Assembly: GCF_009914755.1 (NCBI RefSeq)
Contig: NC_060946.1
Reading direction: 5' to 3' (one strand)
Source of the DNA: the human T2T-CHM13v2.0 reference genome, Homo sapiens
DNA: 64,000 nt
Shown: one piece after another, positions 39,801-52,365 of the stretch
Layout: each line of letters begins with the position of its first letter
How positions within the stretch are numbered: the first letter of the stretch is position 1
Notes under the pieces: model-generated
Database searches by the model: none
Seen by the model: the letters and a program-made list of their open reading frames with translations, nothing else
Told to the model about the DNA's origin: nothing
Translations under genes and position numbers: made by a program

Positions 39801-42800
39801 CCTCCAAGCTATCCAAACATCCACTTGCAGATTCCACAGAAAGACTGTTTCAAAACTGCTCTGTCAATAGAAAGGTTCAACTCTGTTAGCTGCGTGCATA
39901 TATCCCAAAGAAGATTCTGAGATTGCTTCTGTCTAGTTTTTATGGGAAGATATTTCCCTTTTCACCGTAGGCGTCAAGGCGCTCCAAATGTCCACTTCCA
40001 GATACTACAAAAAGAGTGTTTCAAACCTACTCTGTGAAAGCGAATATTCAACTCTGTGACTTGAATACACATATCACAAAGAAGTTTCTGAGAATGCTTC
40101 TGTCGAGATTTTATATGAAGATATTCCCGTTTCCAACGAAATCCTGAAATCTATACAAATATCCCCTCGCAGATTCTACAAAAAGAGTGTTTCAAAACTG
40201 CTCTGTAAAAAGAAAGGTTCAACTCTGTTAGTTGAGTACACACATCACAAAGAAGTTTCACAGAATGCTTCTTTCTAGCTTGTAGGGGAAGATATTCCCT
40301 TTATCACCATGGGCCTCCAACCGTCTGAAACGTCCACTTCCATATACTACAAAAAGAGCGTTTCAAACCTGCTCTAGGAAAGGCAATGTTCAACTCTGTG
40401 ACTTGAATGCAGACATCACAGAGCAGTTTCTGAGAATGCTTCTGTCTAGATTTTATAGGAAGATATTCCCGTTTCCAACGAAATCTTCACAGCTATCCAA
40501 ATATCCACTTGCAGATTCTACAAAAAGAGTGTATCAAAACTGCTCTGTCAAAAGGAAGGTTCTTCTCTGTTAGGTGAGTGCATACGTCATAAAGGAGTTT
40601 CTGAGAATGTTTCTGTCTAGTGGTTATGGGAAGATATTTGCTTTTTCACCGTAGGCCTCAGAGCGCTCCAAATATCCACTTGCACATACTACAAAATGAG
40701 TGCCTCAAAGCTGCTCTTTGAAACGGAATGTTCAACTCTATGAGTTGAATGCAAACATCACAAAGACGTTTCTGAGAATGCTTCTGTCTAGATTTGATAT
40801 GAAGATATTCCCGTTTCCAACGAAATCTTCAAATCTATCCAAATGTCCACTTGCAGATTCAACAAAAAGTGTTTTTCAGAACTGCTCTATCAAAAGAAAG
40901 ATCCACCACTGTTAGCTGAGTTCACACATCACAAACAAGTTTATGAGAATGCTTCTGTCTAGTTTTTATTTGAAGATATTTCCTTTCTCACCATAGACCT
41001 GAAAGCTGTCCTAATGTTCACTTCCAGATACTACAGAAAGAGTGTTTCAAAACTGCTGTATGAAAGGGAATGTTCAACTCTGTGACTTGAATGCACACAT
41101 CACAAAGAAGTTTCTGAGGATGCTGCTGTCTACTTTTTATATGTAATCCCGTTTCCAACGAAATCCTCCAAGCTATCCAAATATCCACTTGCAGATTCCA
41201 CAGAAAGACTGTTTCAAAACTGCTCTGTCAATAGAAAGGTTCAACTCTGTTAGCTGCGTGCATATATCCCAAAGAAGATTCTGAGATTGCTTCTGTCTAG
41301 TTTTTATGGGAAGATATTTCCCTTTTCACCGTAGGCGTCAAGGCGCTCCAAATGTCCACTTCCAGATACTACAAAAAGAGTGTTTCAAACCTACTCTGTG
41401 AAAGGGAATATTCAACTCTGTGACTTGAATGCACATATCACAAAGAAGTTTCTGATAATGCTTCTGTCGAGATTTTATATGAAGATATTCCCGTTTCCAA
41501 CGAAATCCTGAAATCTATCCAAATATCCCCTCGCAGATTCTACAAAAAGAGTGTTTCAAAACTGCTCTGTAAAAAGAAAGGTTCAACTCTGTTAGTTGAG
41601 TACACACATCACAAACAAGTTTCACAGAATGCTTCTTTCTAGCTTGTAGGGGAAGATATTCCCTTTATCACCATGGGCCTCCAACCGTCCGAAACATCCA
41701 CTTCCATATACTACAAAAAGAGCGTTTCAAACCTGCTCTATGAAAGGCAATGTTCAACTCTGTGACTTGAATGCAGACATCACAGAGCAGTTTCTGAGAA
41801 TGCTTCTGTCTAGATTTTATAGGAAGATATTCCCGTTTCCAACGAAATCTTCACAGCTATCCAAATATCCACTTGCAGATTCTACAAAAAGAGTGTATCA
41901 AAACTGCTCTGTCAAAAGGAAGGTTCTTCTCTGTTAGGTGAGTGCATACGTCATAAAGGAGTTTCTGAGAATGTTTCTGTCTAGTGGTTATGGGAAGATA
42001 TTTGCTTTTTCACCGTAGGCCTCAGAGCGCTCCAAATATCCACTTGCACATACTACAAAAAGAGTGCCTCAAAGCTGCTCTCTGAAATGGAATGTTCAAC
42101 TCTATGAGTTGAATGCAAACATCACAAAGACGTTTCTGAGAATGCTTCTGTCTAGATTTGATATGAAGATATTCCCGTTTCCAACGAAATCTTCAAATCT
42201 ATCCAAATGTCCACTTGCAGATTCAACAAAAAGTGTTTTTCAGAACTGCTCTATCAAAAGAAAGATCCACCTCTGTTAGCTGAGTTCACACATCACAAAC
42301 AAGTTTATGAGAATGCTTCTGTCTAGTTTTTATTTGAAGATATTTCCTTTCTCACCATAGACCTGAAAGCTGTCCTAATGTTCACTTCCAGATACTACAG
42401 AAAGAGTGTTTCAAAACTGCTGTACGAAAGGGAATGTTCAACTCTGTGACTTGAATGCACACATCACAAAGAAGTTTCTGAGGATGCTGCTGTCTACTTT
42501 TTATACGTAATCCCGTTTCCAACGAAATCCTCCAAGCTATCCAAATATCCACTTGCAGATTCCACAGAAAGACTGTTTCAAAACTGCTCTGTCAATAGAA
42601 AGGTTCAACTCTGTTAGCTGCGTGCATATATCCCAAAGAAGATTCTGAGATTGCTTCTGTCTAGTTTTTATGGGAAGATATTTCCCTTTTCACCGTAGGC
42701 GTCAAGGCGCTCCAAATGTCCACTTCCAGATACTACAAAAAGAGTGTTTCAAACCTACTCTGTGAAAGGGAATATTCAACTCTGTGACTTGAATGCACAT

Positions 42801-45800
42801 ATCACAAAGAAGTTTCTGATAATGCTTCTGTCGAGATTTTATATGAAGATATTCCCGTTTCCAACGAAATCCTGAAATCTATCCAAATATCCCCTCGCAG
42901 ATTCTACAAAAAGAGTGTTTCAAAACTGCTCTGTAAAAAGAAAGGTTCAACTCTGTTAGTTGAGTACACACATCACAAAGAAGTTTCACAGAATGCTTCT
43001 TTCTAGCTTGTAGGGGAAGATATTCCCTTTATCACCATGGGCCTCCAACCGTCCGAAACGTCCACTTCCATATACTACAAAAAGAGCGTTTCAAACCTGC
43101 TCTAGGAAAGGCAATGTTCAACTCTGTGACTTGAATGCAGACATCACAGAGCAGTTTCTGAGAATGCTTCTGTCTAGATTTTATAGGAAGATATTCCCGT
43201 TTCCAACGAAATCTTCACAGCTATCCAAATATCCACTTGCAGATTCTACAAAAAGAGTGTATCAAAACTGCTCTGTCAAAAGGAAGGTTCTTCTCTGTTA
43301 GGTGAGTGCATACGTCATAAAGGAGTTTCTGAGAATGTTTCTGTCTAGTGGTTATGGGAAGATATTTGCTTTTTCACCGTAGGCCTCAGAGCGCTCCAAA
43401 TATCCACTTGCACATACTACAAAAAGAGTGCCTCAAAGCTGCTCTTTGAAACGGAATGTTCAACTCTATGAGTTGAATGCAAACATCACAAAGACGTTTC
43501 TGAGAATGCTTCTGTCTAGATTTGATATGAAGATATTCCCGTTTCCAACGAAATCTTCAAATCTATCCAAATGTCCACTTGCAGATTCAACAAAAAGTGT
43601 TTTTCAGAACTACTCTATCAAAAGAAAGATCCACCTCTGTTAGCTGAGTTCACACATCACAAACAAGTTTATGAGAATGCTTCTGTCTAGTTTTTATTTG
43701 AAGATATTTCCTTTCTCACCATAGACCTGAAAGCTGTCCTAATGTTCACTTCCAGATACTACAGAAAGAGTGTTTCAAAACTGCTGTATGAAAGGGAATG
43801 TTCAACTCTGTGACTTGAATGCACACATCACAAAGAAGTTTCTGAGGATGCTGCTGTCTACTTTTTATATGTAATCCCGTTTCCAACGAAATCCTCCAAG
43901 CTATCCAAATATCCACTTGCAGATTCCACAGAAAGACTGTTTCAAAACTGCTCTGTCAATAGAAAGGTTCAACTCTGTTAGCTGCGTGCATATATCCCAA
44001 AGAAGATTCTGAGATTGCTTCTGTCTAGTTTTTATGGGAAGATATTTCCCTTTTCACCGTAGGCGTCAAGGCGCTCCAAATGTCCACTTCCAGATACTAC
44101 AAAAAGAGTGTTTCAAACCTACTCTGTGAAAGGGAATATTCAACTCTGTGACTTGAATGCACATATCACAAAGAAGTTTCTGATAATGCTTCTGTCGAGA
44201 TTTTATATGAAGATATTCCCGTTTCCAAAGAAATCCTGAAATCTATCCAAATATCCCCTCGCAGATTCTACAAAAAGAGTGTTTCAAAACTGCTCTGTAA
44301 AAAGAAAGGTTCAACTCTGTTAGTTGAGTACACACATTACAAACAAGTTTCACAGAATGCTTCTTTCTAGCTTGTAGGGGAAGATATTCCCTTTATCACC
44401 ATGGGCCTCCAACCGTCCGAAACATCCACTTCCATATACTACAAAAAGAGCGTTTCAAACCTGCTCTATGAAAGGCAATGTTCAACTCTGTGACTTGAAA
44501 GCAGACATCACAGAGCAGTTTCTGAGAATGCTTCTGTCTAGATTTTATAGGAAGATATTCCCGTTTCCAACGAAATCTTCACAGCTATCCAAATATCCAC
44601 TTGCAGATTCTTCAAAAAGAGTGTATCAAAACTGCTCTGTCAAAAGGAAGGTTCTTCTCTGTTAGGTGAGTGCATACGTCATAAAGGAGTTTCTGAGAAT
44701 GTTTCTGTCTAGTGGTTATGGGAAGATATTTGCTTTTTCACCGTAGGCCTCAGAGCGCTCCAAATATCCACTTGCACATACTACAAAAAGAGTGCCTCAA
44801 AGCTGCTCTCTGAAACGGAATGTTCAACTCTATGAGTTGAATGCAAACATCACAAAGACGTTTCTGAGAATGCTTCTGTCTAGATTTGATATGAAGATAT
44901 TCCCGTTTCCAACGAAATCTTCAAATCTATCCAAATGTCCACTTGCATAATCAACAAAAAGTGTTTTTCAGAACTGCTCTATCAAAAGAAAGATCCACCT
45001 CTGTTAGCTGAGTTCACACATCACAAACAAGTTTATGAGAATGCTTCTGTCTAGTTTTTATTTGAAGATATTTCCTTTCTCACCATAGACCTGAAAGCTG
45101 TCCTAATGTTCACTTCCAGATACTACAGAAAGTGTTTCAAAACTGCTGTACGAAAGGGAATGTTCAACTCTGTGACTTGAATGCACACATCACAAAGAAG
45201 TTTCTGAGGATGCTGCTGTCTACTTTTTATACGTAATCCCGTTTCCAACGAAATCCTCCAAGCTATCCAAATATCCACTTGCAGATTCCACAGAAAGACT
45301 GTTTCAAAACTGCTCTGTCAATAGAAAGGTTCAACTCTGTTAGCTGCGTGCATATATCCCAAAGAAGATTCTGAGATTGCTTCTGTCTAGTTTTTATGGG
45401 AAGATATTTCCCTTTTCACCGTAGGCGTCAAGGCGCTCCAAATGTCCACTTCCAGATACTACAAAAAGAGTGTTTCAAACCTACTCTGTGAAAGCGAATA
45501 TTCAGCTCTGTGACTTGAATGCACATATCACAAAGAAGTTTCTGAGAATGCTTCTGTCGAGATTTTATATGAAGATATTCCCGTTTCCAACGAAATCCTG
45601 AAATCTATCCAAATATCCCCTCGCAGATTCTACAAAAAGAGTGTTTCAAAACTGCTCTGTAAAAAGAAAGGTTCAACTCTGTTAGTTGAGTACACACATC
45701 ACAAACAAGTTTCACAGAATGCTTCTTTCTAGCTTGTAGGGGAAGATATTCCCTTTATCACCATGGTCCTCAAACCGTCCGAAACGTCCACTTCCATATA

Positions 45801-48800
45801 CTACAAAAAGAGCGTTTCAAACCTGCTCTAGGAAAGGCAATGTTCAACTCTGTGACTTGAATGCAGACATCACAGAGCAGTTTCTGAGAATGCTTCTGTC
45901 TAGATTTTATAGGAAGATATTCCCGTTTCCAACGAAATCTTCACAGCTATCCAAATATCCACTTGCAGATTCTACAAAAAGAGTGTATCAAAACTGCTCT
46001 GTCAAAAGGAAGGTTCTTCTCTGTTAGGTGAGTGCATACGTCATAAAGGAGTTTCTGAGAATGTTTCTGTCTAGTGGTTATGGGAAGATATTTGCTTTTT
46101 CACCGTAGGCCTCAGAGCGCTCCAAATATCCACTTGCACATACTACAAAAAGAGTGCCTCAAAGCTGCTCTCTGAAACGGAATGTTCAACTCTATGAGTT
46201 GAATGCAAACATCACAAAGACGTTTCTGAGAATGCTTCTGTCTAGATTTGATATGAAGATATTCCCGTTTCCAACGAAATCTTCAAATCTATCCAAATGT
46301 CCACTTGCAGATTCAACAAAAAGTGTTTTTCAGAACTGCTCTATCAAAAGAAAGATCCACCTCTGTTAGCTGAGTTCACACATCACAAACAAGTTTATGA
46401 GAATGCTTCTGTCTAGTTTTTATTTGAAGATATTTCCTTTCTCACCATAGACCTGAAAGCTGTCCTAATGTTCACTTCCAGATACTACAGAAAGAGTGCT
46501 TCAAAACTGCTGTATGAAAGGGAATGTTCAACTCTGTGACTTGAATGCACACATCACAAAGAAGTTTCTGAGGATGCTGCTGTCTACTTTTTATATGTAA
46601 TCCCGTTTCCAACGAAATCCTCCAAGCTATCCAAATATCCACTTGCAGATTCCACAGAAAGACTGTTTCAAAACTGCTCTGTCAATAGAAAGGTTCAACT
46701 CTGTTAGCTGCGTGCATATATCCCAAAGAAGATTCTGAGATTGCTTCTGTCTAGTTTTTATGGGAAGATATTTCCCTTTTCACCGTAGGCGTCAAGGCGC
46801 TCCAAATGTCCACTTCCAGATACTACAAAAAGAGTGTTTCAAACCTACCCTGTGAAAGGGAATATTCAACTCTGTGACTTGAATGCACATATCACAAAGA
46901 AGTTTCTGAGAATGCTTCTGTCGAGATTTTATATGAAGATATTCCCGTTTCCAACGAAATCCTGAAATCTATCCAAATATCCCCTCGCAGATTCTACAAA
47001 AAGAGTGTTTCAAAACTGCTCTGTAAAAAGAAAGGTTCAACTCTGTTAGTTGAGTACACACATCACAAACAAGTTTCACAGAATGCTTCTTTCTAGCTTG
47101 TAGGGGAAGATATTCCCTTTATCACCATGGGCCTCCAACCGTCCGAAACATCCACTTCCATATACTACAAAAAGAGCGTTTCAAACCTGCTCTATGAAAG
47201 GCAATGTTCAACTCTGTGACTTGAAAGCAGACATCACAGAGCAGTTTCTGAGAATGCTTCTGTCTAGATTTTATAGGAAGATATTCCCGTTTCCAACGAA
47301 ATCTTCACAGCTATCCAAATATCCACTTGCAGATTCTACAAAAAGAGTGTATCAAAACTGCTCTGTCAAAAGGAAGGTTCTTCTCTGTTAGGTGAGTGCA
47401 TACGTCATAAAGGAGTTTCTGAGAATGTTTCTGTCTAGTGGTTATGGGAAGATATTTGCTTTTTCACCGTAGGCCTCAGAGCGCTCCAAATATCCACTTG
47501 CACATACTACAAAAAGAGTGCCTCAAAGCTGCTCTCTGAAACGGAATGTTCAACGCTATGAGTTGAATGCAAACATCACAAAGACGTTTCTGAGAATGCT
47601 TCTGTCTAGATTTGATATGAAGATATTCCCGTTTCCAACGAAATCTTCAAATCTATCCAAATGTCCACTTGCAGATTCAACAAAAAGTGTTTTTCAGAAC
47701 TGCTCTATCAAAAGAAAGATCCACCTCTGTTAGCTGAGTTCACACATCACAAACAAGTTTATGAGAATGCTTCTGTCTAGTTTTTATTTGAAGATATTTC
47801 CTTTCTCACCATAGACCTGAAAGCTGTCCTAATGTTCACTTCCAGATACTACAGAAATAGTGTTTCAAAACTGCTGTACGAAAGGGAATGTTCAACTCTG
47901 TGACTTGAATGCACACATCACAAAGAAGTTTCTGAGGATGCTGCTGTCTACTTTTTATACGTAATCCCGTTTCCAACGAAATCCTCCAAGCTATCCAAAT
48001 ATCCACTTGCAGATTCCACAGAAAGACTGTTTCAAAACTGCTCTGTCAATAGAAAGGTTCAACTCTGTTAGCTGCGTGCATATATCCCAAAGAAGATTCT
48101 GAGATTGCTTCTGTCTAGTTTTTATGGGAAGATATTTCCCTTTTCACCGTAGGCGTCAAGGCGCTCCAAATGTCCACTTCCAGATACTACAAAAAGAGTG
48201 TTTCAAACCTACTCTGTGAAAGCGAATATTCAACTCTGTGACTTTAATGCACATATCACAAAGAAGTTTCTGAGAATGCTTCTGTCGAGATTTTATATGA
48301 AGATATTCCCGTTTCCAACGAAATCCTGAAATCTATCCAAATATCCCCTCGCAGATTCTACAAAATGAGTGTTTCAAAACTGCTCTGTAAAAAGAAAGGT
48401 TCAACTCTGTTACTTGAGTACACACATCACAAACAAGTTTCACAGAATGCTTCTTTCTAGCTTGTAGGGGAAGATATTCCCTTTATCACCATGGTCCTCA
48501 AACCGTCCGAAACGTCCGCTTCCATATACTACAAAAAGAGCGTTTCAAACCTGCTCTAGGAAAGGCAATGTTCAACTCTGTGACTTGAATGCAGACATCA
48601 CAGAGCAGTTTCTGAGAATGCTTCTGTCTAGATTTTATAGGAAGATATTCCCGTTTCCAACGAAATCTTCACAGCTATCCAAATATCCACTTGCAGATTC
48701 TACAAAAAGAGTGTATCCAAACTGCTCTGTCAAAAGGAAGGTTCTTCTCTGTTAGGTGAGTGCATACGTCATAAAGGAGTTTCTGAGAATGTTTCTGTCT

Positions 48801-51074
48801 AGTGGTTATGGGAAGATATTTGCTTTTTCACCGTAGGCCTCAGAGCGCTCCAAATATCCACTTGCACATACTACAAAAAGAGTGCCTCAAAGCTGCTCTC
48901 TGAAACGGAATGTTCAACTCTATGAGTTGAATGCAAACATCACAAAGACGTTTCTGAGAATGCTTCTGTCTAGATTTGATATGAAGATATTCCCGTTTCC
49001 AACGAAATCTTCAAATCTATCCAAATGTCCACTTGCATAATCAACAAAAAGTGTTTTTCAGAACTGCTCTATCAAAAGAAAGATCCACCTCTGTTAGCTG
49101 AGTTCACACATCACAAACAAGTTTATGAGAATGCTTCTGTCTAGTTTTTATTTGAAGATATTTCCTTTCTCACCATAGACCTGAAAGCTGTCCTAATGTT
49201 CACTTCCAGATACTACAGAAAGAGTGTTTCAAAACTGCTGTACGAAAGGGAATGTTCAACTCTGTGACTTGAATGCACACATCACAAAGAAGTTTCTGAG
49301 GATGCTGCTGTCTACTTTTTATACGTAATCCCGTTTCCAACGAAATCCTCCAAGCTATCCAAATATCCACTTGCAGATTCCACAGAAAGACTGTTTCAAA
49401 ACTGCTCTGTCAATAGAAAGGTTCAACTCTGTTAGCTGCGTGCATATATCCCAAAGAAGATTCTGAGATTGCTTCTGTCTAGTTTTTATGGGAAGATATT
49501 TCCCTTTTCACCGTAGGCGTCAAGGCGCTCCAAATGTCCACTTCCAGATACTACAAAAAGAGTGTTTCAAACCTACTCTGTGAAAGCGAATATTCAACTC
49601 TGTGACTTGAATGCACATATCACAAAGAAGTTTCTGAGAATGCTTCTGTCGAGATTTTATATGAAGATATTCCCGTTTCCAACGAAATCCTGAAATCTAT
49701 CCAAATATCCCCTCGCAGATTCTACAAAAAGAGTGTTTCAAAACTGCTCTGTAAAAAGAAAGGTTCAACTCTGTTAGTTGAGTACACACATCACAAACAA
49801 GTTTCACAGAATGCTTCTTTCTAGCTTGTAGGGGAAGATATTCCCTTTCTCACCATGGGCCTCCAACCGTCCGAAACATCCACTTCCATATACTACAAAA
49901 AGAGCGTTTCAAACCTGCTCTATGAAAGGCAATGTTCAACTCTGTGACTTGAATGCAGACATCACAGAGCAGTTTCTGAGAATGCTTCTGTCTAGATTTT
50001 ATAGGAAGATAATCCCGTTTCCAACGAAATCTTCACAGCTATCCAAATATCCACTTGCAGATTCTACAAAAAGAGTGTATCAAAACTGCTCTGTCAAAAG
50101 GAAGGTTCTTCTCTGTTAGGTGAGTGCATACGTCATAAAGGAGTTTCTGAGAATGTTTCTGTCTAGTGGTTATGGGAAGATATTTGCTTTTTCACCGTAG
50201 GCCTCAGAGCGCTCCAAATGTCCACTTGCACATACTACAAAAAGAGTGCTTCAAACCTGCTCTCTGAAACGGAATGTTCAACTCTATGAGTTGAATGCAA
50301 ACATCACAAAGACGTTTCTGAGAATGCTTCTGTCTAGATTTGATATGAAGATATTCCCGTTTCCAACGAAATCTTCAAATCTATCCAAATGTCCACTTGC
50401 AGATTCAACAAAATGTGTTTTTCAGAACTGCTCTATCAAAAGAAAGATCCACCTCTGTTAGCTGAGTTCACACATCACAAACAAGTTTATGAGAATGCTT
50501 CTGTCTAGTTTTTATTTGAAGATATTTCCTTTCTCACCATAGACCTGAAAGCTGTCCTAATGTTCACTTCCAGATACTACAGAAAGAGTGTTTCAAAACT
50601 GCTGTACGAAAGGGAATGTTCAACTCTGTGACTTGAATGCACAGATCACAAAGAAGTTTCTGAGGATGCTGCTGTCTACTTTTTATACGTAATCCCGTTT
50701 CCAACGAAATCCTCCAAGCTATCCAAATATCCACTTGCAGATTCCACAGAAAGACTGTTTCAAAACTGCTCTGTCTATAGAAAGGTTCAACTCTGTTAGC
50801 TGCGTGCATATATCCCAAAGACGATTCTGAGATTGCTTCTGTCTAGTTTTTATGGGAAGATATTTCCCTTTTCACCGTAGGCGTCAAGGCGCTCCAAATG
50901 TCCACTTCCAGATGCTACAAAAAGAGTGTTTCAAACCTACTCTGTGAAAGGGAATATTCAACTCTGTGACTTGAATGCAGATATCACAAAGAAGTTTCTG
51001 AGAATGCTTCTGTCGAGATTTTATATGAAGATATTCCCGTTTCCAACGAAATCCTGAAATCTATCCAAATATCC

Positions 51075-52365
51075 CCTTGCAGATTCTACAAAAAGAGTGT
51101 TTCAAAACTGCTCTGTAAAAAGAAAGGTTCAACTCTGTTAGTTGAGTACACACATCACAACAAGTTTCACAGAATGCTTCTTTCTAGCTTGTAGGGGAAG
51201 ATATTTCCTTTATCACCATGGGCCTCAAACCATCCGAAACGTCCACTTCCATATACTAAAAAAAGAGTGTTTGAAACCTGCTCTATGAAAGGCAATGTTC
51301 AACTCTGTGACTTGAATGCAGACATCACAGAGCAGTTTCTGAGAATGCTTCTGTCCAGACTTTATAGGAAGATATTCCCGTTTCCAACGAAATCTTCACA
51401 GCTATCCAAATATCCACTTGCAGATACTACAAAAAGAATGTATCAAAAATGCTCTGTCAAAAGGAAAGTTCTTCTCTGCTAGTTGAGTACATACGTCATA
51501 AAGAAGTTTCTGAGAATGTTTCTGTCTAGTGGTTATGGGAAGATATTTGCTTTTTCACCGTAGGCCTCAGAGCGCTCCAAATGTCCACTTGCACATGCTA
51601 CAAAAAGAGTGCTTCAAAGCTGCTCTCTGAAAGGGAATGTTCAACTCTATGAGTTGAATGTAAACATCACAAAGACGTTTCTGAGAATGCGTCTGTCTAG
51701 ATTTGATATGAAGATATTCCCGTTTCCAACGAAATCTTCAAATCTATCCAAATGTCCACTTGCAGATTCAACAAAAAGTGTTTTTCAAAACTGCTGTATC
51801 AAAAGAAAGATCCATGTCTGTTAGCTGAGTTCACACATCACAAAGAAGTTTATGAGAATGCTTCTGTCTAGTTTTTATTTGAAGATATTTCCTTTCTCAC
51901 CATAGACCTGAAAGCTGTCCTAATGTTCACTTCCAGATACTACAGAAAGAGTGTTTCAAAACTGCTGTACGAAAGGGAATGTTCAACTCTGTGACTTGAA
52001 TGCACACATCACAAAGAAGTTTCTGAGGATTCTGCTGTCTACTTTTTATACGTAATCCGGTTTCCAACGAAATCCTCCAAGCTATCCAAATATCCACTTG
52101 CAGATTCCACAGAAACACTGTTTCAAAACTGCTCTGTCAATGGAAAGGTTCAACTCTGTTAGCTGCGTGCATATATCCCAAAGAAGATTCTGAGATTGCT
52201 TCTGTCTAGTTTTTATGGGACGATATTTCCCTTTTCACCGTAGGTGTCAAGGCTCTCCAAATGTCCACTTCCAGATACTACAAAAAGAGTGTTTCAAACC
52301 TACTCTGTGAAAGGGAATATTCAACTCTGTGACTTGAATGCACATATCACAAAGAAGTTTCTAAG
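51075..52365. repeat. Divergent HOR-length segment embedded in register within the array
   Basis: About 35 differences (counted by eye) from the majority HOR over ~1.3 kb, including a 1-bp deletion at ~51160. Most other copies show only a handful, up to about 10. Confidence 0.88.
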
